64,000 nucleotides of DNA, from positions 4,278,001-4,342,000 of the forward strand of contig JAWMAR010000070.1 in the NCBI GenBank assembly GCA_036785375.1. The letters are read 5' to 3'. Positions within the stretch are counted from its first letter, which is position 1. The number at the start of each line of letters is the position of its first letter. Below, in pieces: positions 1 to 13,537 of the stretch. The notes under the pieces were generated by a model. The model had not been told where the DNA came from, made no database searches, and saw only the letters and a program-made list of their open reading frames with translations. Source of the DNA: Leucoraja ocellata (Eukaryota). Both the position numbers and the translations under genes were made by a program.

Positions 1-301
1 GAGGAAGTTCTAGCCCGGAAGCTGGCCTACACCAGCAATGGGAAATCTGTGGCTGGAGCCCAGCAACCAAGTATTGACAAATGGGCCATAATTCCATCAT
101 TTTAATCTTGATAACTTAATTAAATAACGTGCATGGATATCAGGGTGTCGGGGGTTTGGGGAGAAGGCAGGAGAATGGGGTGAAGAGGGGAAGATACATC
201 AGCCATGATTGAATGGTCTATTTCTGCTTCTATCACTTGTGATTTTATGAACCACCCCACCCCCACTTCCTCTTCATCTCCCCATTCCCTTCACTACTTA
301 C

Positions 302-622
302 CAGTGCCGTTGATTTTCACCAGGAAATTGCAGGGCACGTCACTGCTGGAGATGGACACGTTGACCATTTCACTAGATTTTGTTCCATTATTATTTGAGG
401 CTGTGCAATAATATTGATGGTGCTGGTGTTTGAAGGATTGACAATGTAGATCCAGGGCATTGTTGTCGGAGATCTTTGAATCCCCAGATGGGGTCTTTTC
501 ATACCAGCTGTAGTTAATGGGAAGGGATCCCCAGACCGATTCACAGGACACTGACACTGAGCTCCCGAGACAGGAGACATTGTCTGGTGACAGAAATCCA
601 AGCACAGGAACAGACACGGGTT
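302..622 (-). CDS. Gene A C2-type Ig domain, type b (gene continues beyond the left edge)
   Basis: Close paralog of 45923-46243; 321 nt, phase 1-1. Confidence 0.88.
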
Positions 623-2393
623 CTGTGGGAAAGGAGCAAACAGTCAGACAGTGAGTGAACATCTCGCCAATATCCATCATCTCTGTATCTTAGCCAGAGC
701 CGACAGGTTGGAATCTGACCCATCCATCCACATAGAGTCATAGAGTGATAGAGCGTAGAAACGGGCCCTTCTGTCTAACTAGCCCGCACTGACCAACATG
801 CCCAATCTACACTAGTTCCACCTGCCCATGCTTGGCCTTTAAACCTCTAAACTTATCTTATTCAAGTACCTGTTCAAACTTTCTTAAATGTTGCGACAGT
901 ACCTGCCATAACTACTAACGACGGCTGGTCGTTTCATATACCTACCAACCTTAGTGTGAAAACGTTACTCCCCTGTTTCTTGTTAAATCAACCCCCGACC
1001 CCGTCATTTTAAAACTATGTCCTCTGGTTCTCGATTCCCCTACTCTGGGCAAAAGTCTCTGCATTTACTCGATCTATTCCTCGTATGATTTTGTACCTGC
1101 CAGAAGATCATCCCTCATCCTCCTGCGCTCCAAGAAATAAAGTCCTAGACTGCTCAACCCCTCACTATAGGTCGGGCCCTCAAGTCATTGCAACATCCTT
1201 GTAAGTCTTTCCTGTACCCTATTCAACTTGACAGGATATTTCCTTTAACATGGTGATTAAAACTGAACACAAATCAGACAAATCATCAGACACATCTTGG
1301 ATTCTCTTTTACATTTCAGGAATTGCCAGCAGGAAAGGGGAGCATCGTTCATGCAACACCGCCAGATATTTAAAGCAACAAGGAAGCTACCCATTTGTCT
1401 AATCAAAATCAAACTGTGTATGCAGGAGTGCAATAATGAAGCAAATGGACAATGACACTCAAGTACAGATGAGGACAATGTCAGTTACTCAGATGTTACA
1501 TTTCCAAGCGACAGCCAAATTGCCCGTCAGAAAGCTCCTTCTCCTCATAATCCATTTACCAAATTTACACTTCTCTGTGTCTCTCCATCCTCCTAGCTGC
1601 CAGAACTACCATGTCTGGCAGAGAGTGGTGAATTTCTGGGTGAATTTCACACAGAGAGTGGTGAATCTCTGGAACTCTCTGCCACAGAGGTAGTTGAGGC
1701 CAGTTCATTAGCTATATTTAAGGGGGAATTAGATGTGGCCTTTGTGCCTAAAGGGGTATGGAGAGAAGGCAGGTACAGGATACTGAGCTCAATGATCAGC
1801 CATGATCATATCGAATGGCGGTGCAGGCTTAAAGGGCCGAATGGCCTACTCCTGCACATATTTTCAATGTTTCTATGTCTATGTCTGCCACTGTGCCAGT
1901 ACACTGCTACACCATCTCCCTTTGCTTTACAATTCCAGCATCTGCAGTTAATTTTCTTTTAATCTGAATCTCTGCCACAATTCTACAATACCAACATTCA
2001 AATTCCTCATTAGTGCAACGGTATCACGATTAACAACTTTTGTAATTTCCTTGTATCAAATTGTTGATAGTGATACTGTTGCACTAATGAGGTGTGTGAA
2101 TGGCGGTATTGTAGAATTGTGTGTAGGGGAATGGGGAAGTGGAATAACATAGAACTAGTGTGACCAGTGATCGCTAGTCGGTGTGGACACGGTGGGCCGA
2201 AGGATCCGTTTCCATGTTGCATTTGTAAACTACAACTAAATATCCCGTTGAACCTTTTCTGTAACCTCTCCAAACCTTCCACATCTTTTGTTTTATAAAG
2301 CGGGGACCAGAACTGTGCACCAGACTCCCACCTAACAAATGGTTTGTGCGGATGCCAAAGTGGGGACATAAAGTCCCTCATTGAGAAACCTAC

Positions 2394-2711
2394 CTTCTGA
2401 TACTTGGAGATGTACTTTAAATGTTGGTTCGCCAGATGTAGTAATTCCACATCTGTACCATCCTGTATCTCCAGAGTGAAGATCCTCCACAGTCACTGTA
2501 AATATTCCTCGTGCCGGGTTATCTGTGATTGACGCTCTTCCGCTCTGTCCATGTTTACCATTTGTTTCCACTACATGTGTACACTGGCGACTTGTCTCAC
2601 GGCACCAGTATTTTGTGTGTGAGCGGTACACTGCTGCATAGTGACAATCGATTGTGATCGCTCTTCCCACAATTCCTCTTACTTTGCTCTCCGCCCACAG
2701 TGCACCTGAAA
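2394..2711 (-). CDS. Gene A V-type Ig domain 2
   Basis: VSGALW...DCHY...KYWCRETSRQC...GDTGWYRC; 318 nt. Confidence 0.9.
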
Positions 2712-4015
2712 CTGGAAACATATTTCGTAAATTGAAGAGCAATATTAGCCTTTCACAAACATACACATTATAGTATACATCAATGTGTACAGGGGAGTCC
2801 GCACAATCATTTCCCTAACTGTGTTGAATTCCACCTAGATTGCGACGAGAGACAGACGCCGTCCCTCACCATCCGCACAGGTCGTTCCAAAGCGCTTCCC
2901 AGCCTGTTGCAATTGGAAGGCGCTGTCTAGGGAGTCTCTGCATCAGCGGGGGAGGTTGGGGATGGGGTGTCTATCAAGCGCGATTCTGGGTCATGACAGA
3001 CCAAGCACAAGTGTTCAGCAAAATGTGGCCTACGCCAGTGCTTCTTAAACTGGTGAATGGTTCACCCAAGGGAGAATGAGATTATTTTGGGGTGAATTAG
3101 TTAATTCATGTTTTTTTTTTGCTCATGTGACAAAATAATGTATCTATAAAATTATACAAAAGGGAGAATAAGATGAATATTACCAAAAAAACATAAGGAC
3201 ATTTAGTAGAGGTTGAAGGAAATTTTGTGATAAAGACTCAAGGGTGAATGACACTGAAATAGTTTAAGATGCACTGTCCTTGGCTGCACTTGTTCTCACT
3301 GATGTAAACCATTCACACTCTCTTCTGGCTTCCAATCTGAGCGTCTCCACACCTACCGGGAGTTTCATTCCAAAATTATCTTTGAAAAAAGTAAGGGTTA
3401 TACTTGATGGAGTGACGGCCAAGTAGATACCAAATTAATTTTGTGAGATTACTGGAGTTCCAGTGATTCTCACAAATTAACGAAGTTAAAATCATGAACA
3501 TGATCATGAAATTGTACATTAGACAGGTCTAAAGAAGAGTTTCGGCCCGAAACCTGGCCTTCGCTCCATAGATGCTTCTGCACCCGCTGAGTTTCTCCAG
3601 CATTTTTGTATACCATGAAATTATACATCCCTATTTATAAATGATGATGGATCAAATATAATTAATTTGGTTGCATTCTCTGTCTCAAAGTGACTGTGAG
3701 ATCTTTAACGGCAGCCAGAAAATCATTTTTAAGGCAGAAGGCAGAAATTGATGGAATGCTCTCAACCCGTTGTGATAAGTGCAGGTCTTTCTCTCCTTTT
3801 GAAGCTCAACACCTCCCAGGTGAAAGCAACAGGCAATTATTTGCCAGTCCCACAAACAAACTCCCACATTTTACACCATGAGCTCACGGTGGCTGCAATG
3901 ATGCCGCCTGCAAATACCTAGAAACCCACGACCATCACCACAAGGTGAAAAGCAGCAGCTCCAAGAACACGAGAGGAATTATGAAACAATATTCCCACGG
4001 GAAAATAACACTCAC

Positions 4016-4336
4016 CTGTATTGTTCATTTCTGTCACATAACTGCACGTTCCTGCTCCTTTGAAGACTTTCACGTTGAGTATTTCACTGTATTTTGGCAC
4101 ACGATTATTTGAGGCTGTGCAGTAATATTGACGATGTTGACCTCCGAGGATTTCGCAACTCAGATCCAGTTGATTGTTATACAAGATCGGTGTCCACCCA
4201 TGCTCGTTCTTCTCAAACCATGCGTAATTGATGGGAAGGGTTCCACGGACAGACTCACAGGACACTGACACTGAGCCTCCGAGACGTGAGGCATTTGCTG
4301 GTGACAGATATCTGAGCACAGGAGCAGACACGGGTT
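4016..4336 (-). CDS. Gene A C2-type Ig domain, type a
   Basis: EPVSAPVL...CESVRGTLPINYAWF...QYYCTASN; 321 nt, phase 1-1. Confidence 0.88.
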
Positions 4337-5499
4337 CTGTGGGAATGGAGCAAACATCCAGTCACCTGTATGAACAGTTAAACACCCAACACATGCTAAA
4401 TCTCAGCAGCCCTTTATCTCAGCCCGAACCGTCCGGTTGACATCTCACCGGCTCATCTACACCTCTGTGAGTGTGCGAAGCCCAGAAACTGAAGAAGGTT
4501 AGAGTTATAGAGAACCGAAAGATGCCCATCACAACAGCTCATTCATGCCGACCAACATGTCTTTCTAGGCCATTTCCATATGTCCACGTTTCTCCTTTAT
4601 CACTCGCAATGATCCCAATCTACTCAAGTCCAAAATGTATTTTAACTGCTATTATTCTAACTGCCTCAACAACTTCCTCTGGCAGCAGGTTCCATATAAA
4701 TATCACCCAATGTGTGGACAATGTTGTCCCTCAGAACAGAAGTTGGGATGTTATGTTTCAGTTGTACATATGTTGTTGAGGTCGAACTTGGGCGAATTGT
4801 GTTCAGCTTCGGCCACTCATCTGTACGAAACATGCCATTACAGTAAGTGACACCTTACTATTCCCTCCTCTTTAAATAGTTCCCATTACCTCTGTCCTCC
4901 ACTTTCTCATCCCACACAATGTGGGAAAATGAACATGCTTCTCGTGATTGATATATTTCTATAAGTTCCTCGCTCAATCATTTCCACACCAAGGAATGAA
5001 GTCTGAGTTTGCCCAATCGCTCCCTGCGTCAATCCCATCCTGTCCAGGCAGCGTCGCCCTAAAACCTTTCTGCACGCTGTCCACCTCAACGGCACTCTTC
5101 TTGGAGCTGAGGGACTAAAGCTGAACACAATTCCCAAAGTGTGGACTCAACATCTGCACGTCTGAAGCAGATTATCTCAGATTATAATTAAATTGGAGCA
5201 GGAGCAGGCAGCATCTCTCGAGAGAAGGAATGGGTGACGTTTCGAGTCGTGACCCTTCTTCAGCCTGAGAGCCGCGAGGAAGGGAGACAGAAGATAAAAG
5301 AAAGGATAAGGTGTGAAAACAAGTGATCAAGGTGAAAATGTAAAAGGAAAATGTAGACTCGATAATTGTCAGCTGAAGGGAAAGTGCCAACGAGGCAAAC
5401 AATCAGCCAAATATATCAAAATGTCTTTGAAACTAATGGGGGGGGGGGGGGGGGGAGAGGAGTAAAGCAAGGGTTACTTGAAGTTAGAGCTCAATATTC

Positions 5500-5985
5500 A
5501 ACCAAGTGGAGGCGGTCCAGGACAGAAAGATCAGTTTGGGAATGGGAGGGGGTATTGAAGTGTTTAGCAATCAGGAAGTAGCGTAGGCCGAGGCAGAGTG
5601 AGCAGAGTTGATCAGCGAAACGATCGCCGAGTCTGGCTTGGCCTAGACGACATATTGGAGTTCACACCTGGAACAGTGGATATAGTAGACGAGTTTGGAG
5701 GAGATACAAGTGAACTTCTGCCTCACCCGAAATACTAATTGATACTCGAGCTCGTATCAGAGGGGGGACGTGTATGGACAGGTGTTGCATCCGCTGCAGT
5801 TGCTGGGGAAGGGTTGGTTTGGGTGGGAAAGGACGAGTTGACCAGGGAGTTGCGGAGGGAACGGTCACTTCGGAAAGCAAAAAGCGGTGGAGATGGAAAG
5901 ATGTGGCTAGTTGTGGGATCCCGTTGTAGGTGGCGAAAATGTCGGAGGATTATATGCTGTGTGCGACGGCTGATGGGGTGAAAGA
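5500..5985 (-). mobile_element. Degenerate Penelope-like fragment
   Basis: Similar to 13860-14340. Confidence 0.65.
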
Positions 5986-6570
5986 TTAGTTTATTCTGCT
6001 TACCACCAGGGAAATGTCGAGGTGGAGAGGCTGGCTGGCTGCCGGGCGGTGGGTGGACAGTGGCTGCTGGGGGTGGGGGCGCATTGACGGGGCAGAGGGA
6101 GTGAAAGAGAGCGCGCGGGTAGGGAGGGAGTGACTAATCCCTGAGGTGGGGTCGGGGAGCGGGCTAACCTGCCCCGGGAGGACTGAACGCAGTCTGTTGA
6201 GCTCTGGGGACTGATGCCATGTTTATGATTCACCGGGTATTCAGACCGCGAGCAACACTTTTTTTCTCACTGATCTGTCGGATTATGAGTTTGAGTGGGA
6301 ATGCAAACCTCTGACAGGGTGACATTTCATACAGTTCAGAGGCAGGGAAATGTATTGAGTGTCCCACTTGACGTGGGTGGCAGTTCAGTGGGACAGAGCC
6401 CGCACTGGGTGAGAGCAACATGAGTGGGGTTTCCCGACCCCCGCCCGCTCCCCGCAGGTCTCTGCACTGCTGCGGACCCTCGGGATATCGGTGCTGCCCT
6501 GACCCTTCCCGGAGAAAACATGGATCAGGCATTTCAGTGGAGACGTCAAGTCAATCGCTGCGAAACGTAC

Positions 6571-6888
6571 CGTCAGATACTCGGAGTTGTACGATAAATG
6601 GAATGGCGGCAGATGTTGTAATTCCACATCTGTACCACCCTGCATCTCCATAGTGAAGATCCTCCACAGTCACAGTAAATGTTCCTCGTGTCGAGTTATC
6701 TGTGATTGACACTCTTCCACTCCGTCCGTGTTGCCCATTAGTTTCCACTAATACTGTACATTGGCGACTCCTCCCACGGCACCAGTATTTTGTGTGTGAG
6801 CTGTACTCTGTTGCATAGTGACAATCGATTGTGATCGCACTTCCCACAACTCCTCTTATATCCCCCTCTCCCCACACTGAACCTGAAA
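6571..6888 (-). CDS. Gene A V-type Ig domain 1 (CD300/pIgR-like)
   Basis: DCHY, KYWCRGRSRQC, GDAGWYRC; 318 nt, phase 1-1. Confidence 0.9.
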
Positions 6889-8278
6889 CTGAGAGGAGAA
6901 ACTTTCAGATGGCGAGCAAATGAACTGTTTAACGGAAATAGATACATTTCGAAGATTACATGAAAGATAACTTAAATAGTTCCATGATGTGTCATATTGC
7001 TTCACGGCCAATGTCTCCGGTCTGAAGTGCAGACAGTGCTGTTATTGTACCAGTTGTGTCAGTGTTCTGTCCCCGGGTCAGTACAATTTGGATTCACTTC
7101 CCACTCCAGATCCCTGAGCAGAAACTGGGCTGGGATCGCAGTGCGGTACTGAGGGAGCGCGGCAGTGTTGCAGGAGCTGCCTTTCAACAATCCCAGGCCG
7201 TGCCCGGCCTCTCACCCTACAGAAAGACCCCACTTTGCTATTTAATTGGCGGTGCCGCCGGCTGCGCTGCCAACATTCATCTCTCAACCGTCACTGGGCC
7301 GGACCCGTGTTTAGACATTCACCGCCTTTACAACGCCCTGACTGAGGGCAGAGGACGGACGGGTTACAATTTAGCGGGTCCCTTACTGGAGAGCGTTACT
7401 AGCGTGAAAACGCACACCGCCAGATTCAGGGACAGTTTCATCCCAGCTGTTATCAGGCATCTCAATCATCCTACCACAAACAGAGAGCGGTGCTGAACTC
7501 CCATCTACCTCTCTGATGACCCTCGGACTACCCTTGATCGGTCTTTGCTGACTTAACCTTACACTAAACGTTACTTCCTTTTCATGTATATATGCACTGT
7601 AAGATGATCGATAACAATCATGGATTGTCTTTCTGCTGGCTGAGTTAGCTCGCAACAAAAACACTCTACCTCTGTACACGTGACAATAAACTACACTGAA
7701 TTTGGAACCCGCTGGTCATCTGGGACAGGTTCTATTCCCAGTGACCCCGGCTCGCCTTGGACCTTTCAGCACGACTGTGCCGCGGATTGGAGAGAGGGTG
7801 GAGAGAGAGTTGGGAGTGGGTGGATAGAGAGAGGACCGTTGTTCAGTTTTAGACTCCGGGGAATTGTTGGGATGATTTGGACCAATGCAAGGAATATTTG
7901 AACTGACACAATGAGTCCACAATCGTGACTTCTACCTCAGTTGTGAACACATTTTGTTAGTGTAGAATTAACTTCCTGGTGATGTTAGAACCTCTATCCT
8001 TCGGTCCAGGTGTCTTGGAGTATCTGCTCCAAATACATTCGCTATTTTATGCCTATAAACTACCATCAGGATGCAATTAGACCACGTGTTAACGGTGGTT
8101 AAACTACGAACAAAGTCTAAATATTCAAATGTGAATTCAGATCCATCACCACAATGCACTGAGCTCCATCTCGCCCATTACATGTCTACACACACTTAAC
8201 CATCTCTGCTGTGGAAAGGGTGCACGGGACCCCAACTAATATTGATCATTGGAATATCAGGATCTGACTTTCACTCAC

Positions 8279-8315
8279 CCGGCAGCAAGGAGATGAGAAG
8301 AATGGGAATCCACAT
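8279..8315 (-). CDS. Gene A exon 1, signal peptide MWIPILLISLLP
   Basis: 37 nt, G|GTGAGT donor, paralogous to the other leader exons. Confidence 0.85.
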
Positions 8316-11042
8316 TGTTTTATCCACAGTGACAAAACCAGCACTTTTCTGTCTGTCGCTCAGCTCTGAGCTTTCAGAGACAACCGCGTCTCTCAAATAG
8401 CAATGACTTAGAAGGGAACAGGACGTCAGATCGTGAACCACAGCGAGCCAGCAGCAGCTCGACACGATGTAGTGTGAAAGGCTCAGGGTTATATTTAGCA
8501 AATGGTTGGGTCAGATGATCACAGAGTCATACGTCACGGAAACAGGCCCATCTCCCCAACGCGTTAGACCAATATGCTCATCTAAGTTAGTCAAATTTGC
8601 CCACGCTCGACCCATATCTCCCCAAACCTTCCCTATCCATGGACCTGGCCAAGTGCCCGGATCATTCCCATTTGATGATTTTGTAAGTGGACCGGCAGAC
8701 CAAAAACATGGAACTTTTGTTTTGGCATATTGCTGAAGTGATTCACTTAGTGAAGTTAAAGCAAGGTAGAATATGCACGGTGAATTGAATTGTTAACTTG
8801 TCTTCTTCACAAGTGCTAATAAATTATCAGAGTTGTGGTCATGTACATTCCATTGGTTGATTCTAGACATCTGCTTGCAACGATTTCATTCTGTAGGCAA
8901 CTAGTTGCATTATAATATGACTTAATATCTGCTGCGGGCTATCGTTCTGGATGTGTTACTTTCAGGGAAACAGTACAGTTTATTCGGGTTGTGTCCGTCA
9001 GTGGCATTGTTGTGTATCACGTGGTATCGGTGTAACACACTGATGTGTCCGCCACTGATGTTAGCTGAGCGCTGGCGACCCTCAGTAAATGATCTTTTGT
9101 TGGGAGTTATTTCCTGTTTACTTGCCCAACTAAAAACACTGCAGAGGGGAACCGACGATGCACCAAAACAATTTAATCCTGTCTTCATTCGCCATTGACC
9201 CATGACTTCTGCAAACACTGCTCAGCAATCAGTGTTACACCGAGCTGCTCGCAAGATGCGGTTCAGAGATACGAATCTACACACTCTTGTTTCAGCAGCG
9301 CGAGCAAAGTGTCAGCACTGCAGAACAATTCAGTATAAATGGAGAAGTGACTGTTTGATCATATTAGATTCAAGTACATTGCAAGTCAGCACCCACTGCT
9401 AAACACAACAGTGGCATCGACCCGAAATGTCACCCGTTCTTTCCCTCGAGTGATGCCGCCCTTCCCGCGGAGTTGCTCCAGTATTTGTGTATATCTGTGG
9501 CATCTCAGACCATTTATCTCTCATTATCTGAGAGGCACTTTGGGATGTCCTGCAGTGGGGAAATGATCAACTCAAGATCATCCCTCCCATTGGACCATTA
9601 ACAAGCTCCATTTGAACGGGCCAGGCAGCATCAATGTGACCACAGAATCTGCAAGTATCTCTGGCTATTCAGCACCCCTCTGATATCCCTGACCTGGGGG
9701 TTTGTGAGTTCAAAGCCGCCTCTGGTCTGATTCCCGCGTCTCCCCGCTTACTGTGTGGATAATATTTATCTTTGTCAGTGGGACATTTCAGCAATCTTTG
9801 AATCTTTCCGAACTTTATGGTGTTTACTCTGTTATTGCAGGTCACCATTTTGTATTCGCAAACAACATCCTTCAAAGTTCTTTCATGGGCGGGGCTACAG
9901 TCACGAGTCAGACTAAGGAAAGCAACACAATGTATTTGCAGTTTCACACCCGCGCTTTGCAAGCTGCAACTGAACCATTTTGTTCTGCACAAGAATAGAC
10001 GTTCCACTAGTTTAGTTTGGTTTAGTTTAGCTTGAGTTTGGAGATACAGCGAAGAAAACGGCCCTTCGGCCCACCGAGTCCACACTGACCAGCAATCCCG
10101 CACATTACACGCACACTGGGGACGATTTACATTTATAGCATGCCAATTGCGTGTGTGGTGGGGGGGGGGGGGGGGGGGGGGTTGTTGGATTGAGAGGGAA
10201 TGCAAGGGTTACTTGAAGTCAGAGAAGTCAACGTTCACACCGCTGGGATGTAACCAGCCCAAGCGAAATATGAGGTGCAGTTTCTCAAATTTGTGCGGCA
10301 ACTTACTCTGACAATGGAGCATGCCCAGGACAGTAATGTCAGTGTGGGAATGGAAGGGGGGAGTTACCGTGGTTAGCGACCGGGAGATCAGGTAGGGGCG
10401 GACTCAACGGAGGTGTTCAGCAAAACGATCGCCGAGAAGCGAGAACAATCGCAGGCTCAGCAATCGTTTCGCTGAACACCGCCCCCAGTCTGCCTACCCT
10501 ACCTGATCTATCTACTGATGCCGCCTGCCACTCTGAGTTACCCCAGCAATTTATGTCTATCTTCAGTTTAAACCAGCATCTGCAGTTCCTTCCTACCTAA
10601 AAATTAGTTGCATATCGGCAATGAAATCTGTACATGTTGGATGTGCTTAGCACGCCAGTCAGCGTCTGTGCAGAGAAAAATAAGGCTAATAGTCAGAACA
10701 ATGCCGTTGCATATGTTTGGTCTGATGGGATAGCATAGTCTGAAAGATTAATTGAATGTCTTCCCAAATCGCCTTTAATGTTTGGCAACAAGAGGAATAT
10801 CCAGCAGTCTAATCAAAACAAATTAGACAAACTGTTTATTGACAACAGCCATTTATTAAGAAGCACTCTGTTGCATTATTATTCATTAATCTGTGAAATA
10901 AAAATCCAGGAAATTGTATGCATATAATATAGTTTAACAGAGGATAAAACTCTGAAGCAGCAGAAACCACGCAAGGGTTAAAACAATAGTTCGAAGCTGA
11001 CGAAAAAACCTTGAAGAGGTGGCAAAATTAAGATGGTGCAAG

Positions 11043-11100
11043 CTAGGAGTCTTCATTATAATTCGTGGGTCGAGTGGCGAGGTTCTGTGTCATCGCGTCT
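11043..11100 (-). CDS. Gene C terminal exon DAMTQNLATRPTNYNEDS*
   Basis: TCTTTTGCAG acceptor; both differences from 21971-22028 are synonymous in this frame; AATAAA downstream near 10835-10840. Confidence 0.6.
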
Positions 11101-11271
11101 CTGCAAAAGACAATGTGAAGTCATCAGACAGACTGACAGTGGGAACCGCGCTTTATTTGTCCCGGCAACTCCCAACACATTGCTGTCTGCAAGATGCTAA
11201 CCCACGAATTAGTTAATCCAATGCCAACGAACCCACACCGGGCACAGAAATCCACCCTGCACGCGTACAAC

Positions 11272-11294
11272 CTGACAGAACCTCGTGATATCAT
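11272..11294 (-). CDS. Gene C probable micro-exon MISRGSV(R)
   Basis: 23 nt phase 0->2, bridging the TM exon to the frame of the last exon that shows only synonymous change; donor AG|GTTGTA is weak. Confidence 0.45.
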
Positions 11295-11746
11295 CTACAT
11301 AGAGATTTGGTTTAACTTCAGGATATGAAAACTGCACGATTTTTGTTTCTATCGATGGACAGGATATATGAAAGCATTATTGGAAAACCGTTTGGAAACA
11401 CTCGGCGAAGAGAAGGGATTGCTTTGGGCGAATCCCTTCTGGTGAATCTATGGATTTCATTGCCACAGGAGGCTGTGGAGGCCAAGTTAATTCACACCGG
11501 AGATGCTGCCTGTCCCGCTGCGCTACTCCAGCATTTTTGTATCTGTCCAAATTAATTGATATTTTTTAAGGCGGAGATTTTCATTTTCTTGATAAATAAG
11601 GATGTCAATGGTTACGGGGAGAAGGCAGGTGAATGTGATCGAGTGAAGGATAGGTCAGCCGTGATTGGGGGCCGATTAGATATGATGGGCTGAATGGCCT
11701 AATTCTGCTCCTATAATTTATGAACATGATGACAATAAAACCCTAC

Positions 11747-11837
11747 CTTAGAGCCTCTTGTGAGCACCGCGGTTGAGATACTCCAGATCACAAGCAGGAG
11801 AAAGAACATCCAGCGCCCCACTTCCCATGAGATGTAA
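11747..11837 (-). CDS. Gene C transmembrane exon with charged Arg, YISWEVGRWMFFLLLVIWSISTAVLTRGSK
   Basis: TTTGCCCAG acceptor, AAG|GTAGG donor, 91 nt phase 2->0; hydrophobic segment with Arg near its outer end. Confidence 0.78.
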
Positions 11838-11905
11838 CTGGGCAAACGGCAAGAAATACGGAGTCAATGGGAGGAAACGAGACGGTTAATCTTTGAAGCA
11901 TTTAC

Positions 11906-11971
11906 CTGTTATTTGCTTCATAATCTTGGTGACGCGGAGCGCGGCGAAGCGGCAGCGTCAGTGGAGACCAT
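11906..11971 (-). CDS. Gene C probable membrane-proximal exon WSPLTLPLRRAPRHQDYEANN
   Basis: 66 nt, phase 2-2, AG|GTAAAT donor; differs from 22828-22893 by 2 synonymous and 1 replacement change; AAG acceptor is weak. Confidence 0.55.
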
Positions 11972-13537
11972 CTTTGTAAACGAACGGGTGTTGGACTGGG
12001 GGGGAGGCGGGGGGGGGGGGGGGACAATATATGATAACCAATTGTTGACCTCATTGCTGGGGCATGGCTACAAGACTGGGATTGAGAGACTACGCGGTTA
12101 AATGGATTTAGAGAATACAGATAAATAAGTCATGAGTTGGGACAGTGAATACAAAACAGATGGACACAAAATGTTGGAGAAACACAGCGGGAGTGGCAGC
12201 ATCCGGGTCGAGACCCTTCTTCAGACCGAGAGTCACGGGAGAGGGAAACTGTGGATATGGAAGGATACAGAGAACAGTGTGATACCCTGGAAGAAAGAAA
12301 ATGCAGCTGCAAGGAAGTTTATAATAAAATCCATTTGGATAGACAGGAATAATAAAAACGGATCAATTCCAATAATGGAAGGGAGATGGGGCAATAAAAT
12401 GGAAACAGATGAGGCCAATTAATAAAATAAAATTAAAAAATGATTATGCTTAATGTCACACCCTGGATACTACGTGGATCAACGCGGTAGGTGTGTGGAT
12501 GGAGGAATTGTGTTCGAAAAATCGGTTAAAGATTCGCTCATAACGGCGTGGCTTTCATGAACATTTGCTAACGCAAGTATAACACAAGAGTGTGATAGAA
12601 AGTCAGATATATTTCAGTTGTGATAAGATAAACAACAAAGTGTTCTCACTTTCATGACTATATTATGATTGAATATTTAATGGTTTCAAGTATCAACGAG
12701 TAAGAGAGAGTCAGTTAACTCATTTTGCTGTATTCGGTCTGATTCAAGACAATTTTCTCACATTCTGCGCCAGCGATTTTATGGTGTATGGCCCCATCAA
12801 TGACAAGGTGTTGCCACAAAGTGATATCAAGGGGAGTGTGGCGTAGCCCATCATTCATAAAGCATTTCCCTATCAGCACCACACAAGTGCAAGTCACAGC
12901 AAAGCTAAACTGGAAGACTAGGGTTTGGGAACTGTATTAAACTCACAGCATGGGATGAGGTGAGTGATGTAGCAATCATGTTGAATACTGCAGGGAGCGC
13001 TCTCTGAAGAGGCATCAAATGGAAGAACTTGTTCTTATCATCCAAGCATGTACACAACACAATGAGATGTAAACCAGTGCGATTCCCCCTCTGATGAGTT
13101 AACTAATAACTAGTTTGTAAGTTATATTTATTTTATTAAACAATATTTAATAGATACATTTATATTTCGTGTCAGGCTTGAAACTTGTACAACAATTGGT
13201 TATGCTTCGTGACATTTAGGTTAATTGGATCAAAGACCCTTAGAGAAACACAGTATAGAAACAGACCATTTCCGTCAACTGCATTCACATGATTCCTGTG
13301 CCAATTCTATTTTTATTTCTCCCACTTGCTCATCAACTACCACCCCCACCCCCACCCCCACCCCCCCCCCCCCCCTTCCCCCATTCTTCACAGATTCAGC
13401 CACTCTCCTGTACACACGGGGCAATTTACAACTGGCTCATCTTTGGGAGCTGGGGGGAAACTGAGCACTTGAATGAAACCAACACAATTAAAGGCAAAAC
13501 ATGCAGACCACGCACAGACAGCATCCATTAAACCTAT

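Noticed and set aside
2696-2730. CACAGTG heptamers near V exons and leaders (also 8325, 32581, 50590) suggesting V(D)J recombination signals
   Set aside because: No nonamer at 12- or 23-nt spacing; V exons are complete domains with their own splice donors and there are no J segments
8922-10205. ORFs recurring in the four upstream blocks (e.g. MFAEVMGQW..., MWIIFIFVSG...)
   Set aside because: Recurrence is explained by recent duplication; stops and frames differ between copies and no domain is recognisable
12233-12418. Hydrophobic ORF resembling a TM segment
   Set aside because: AT-rich, runs into a repeat, lacks splice signals, and its frame is not kept in the 23-kb paralog
12485-12570. Possible extra Ser/Thr/Pro-rich stalk exon in genes C/D (NVHESHAVMSESLTDFSNTIPPSTHLP)
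   Set aside because: Needs phase-1 entry that conflicts with the phase-2 stalk exon, and has no good donor before a stop; unresolved without RNA data
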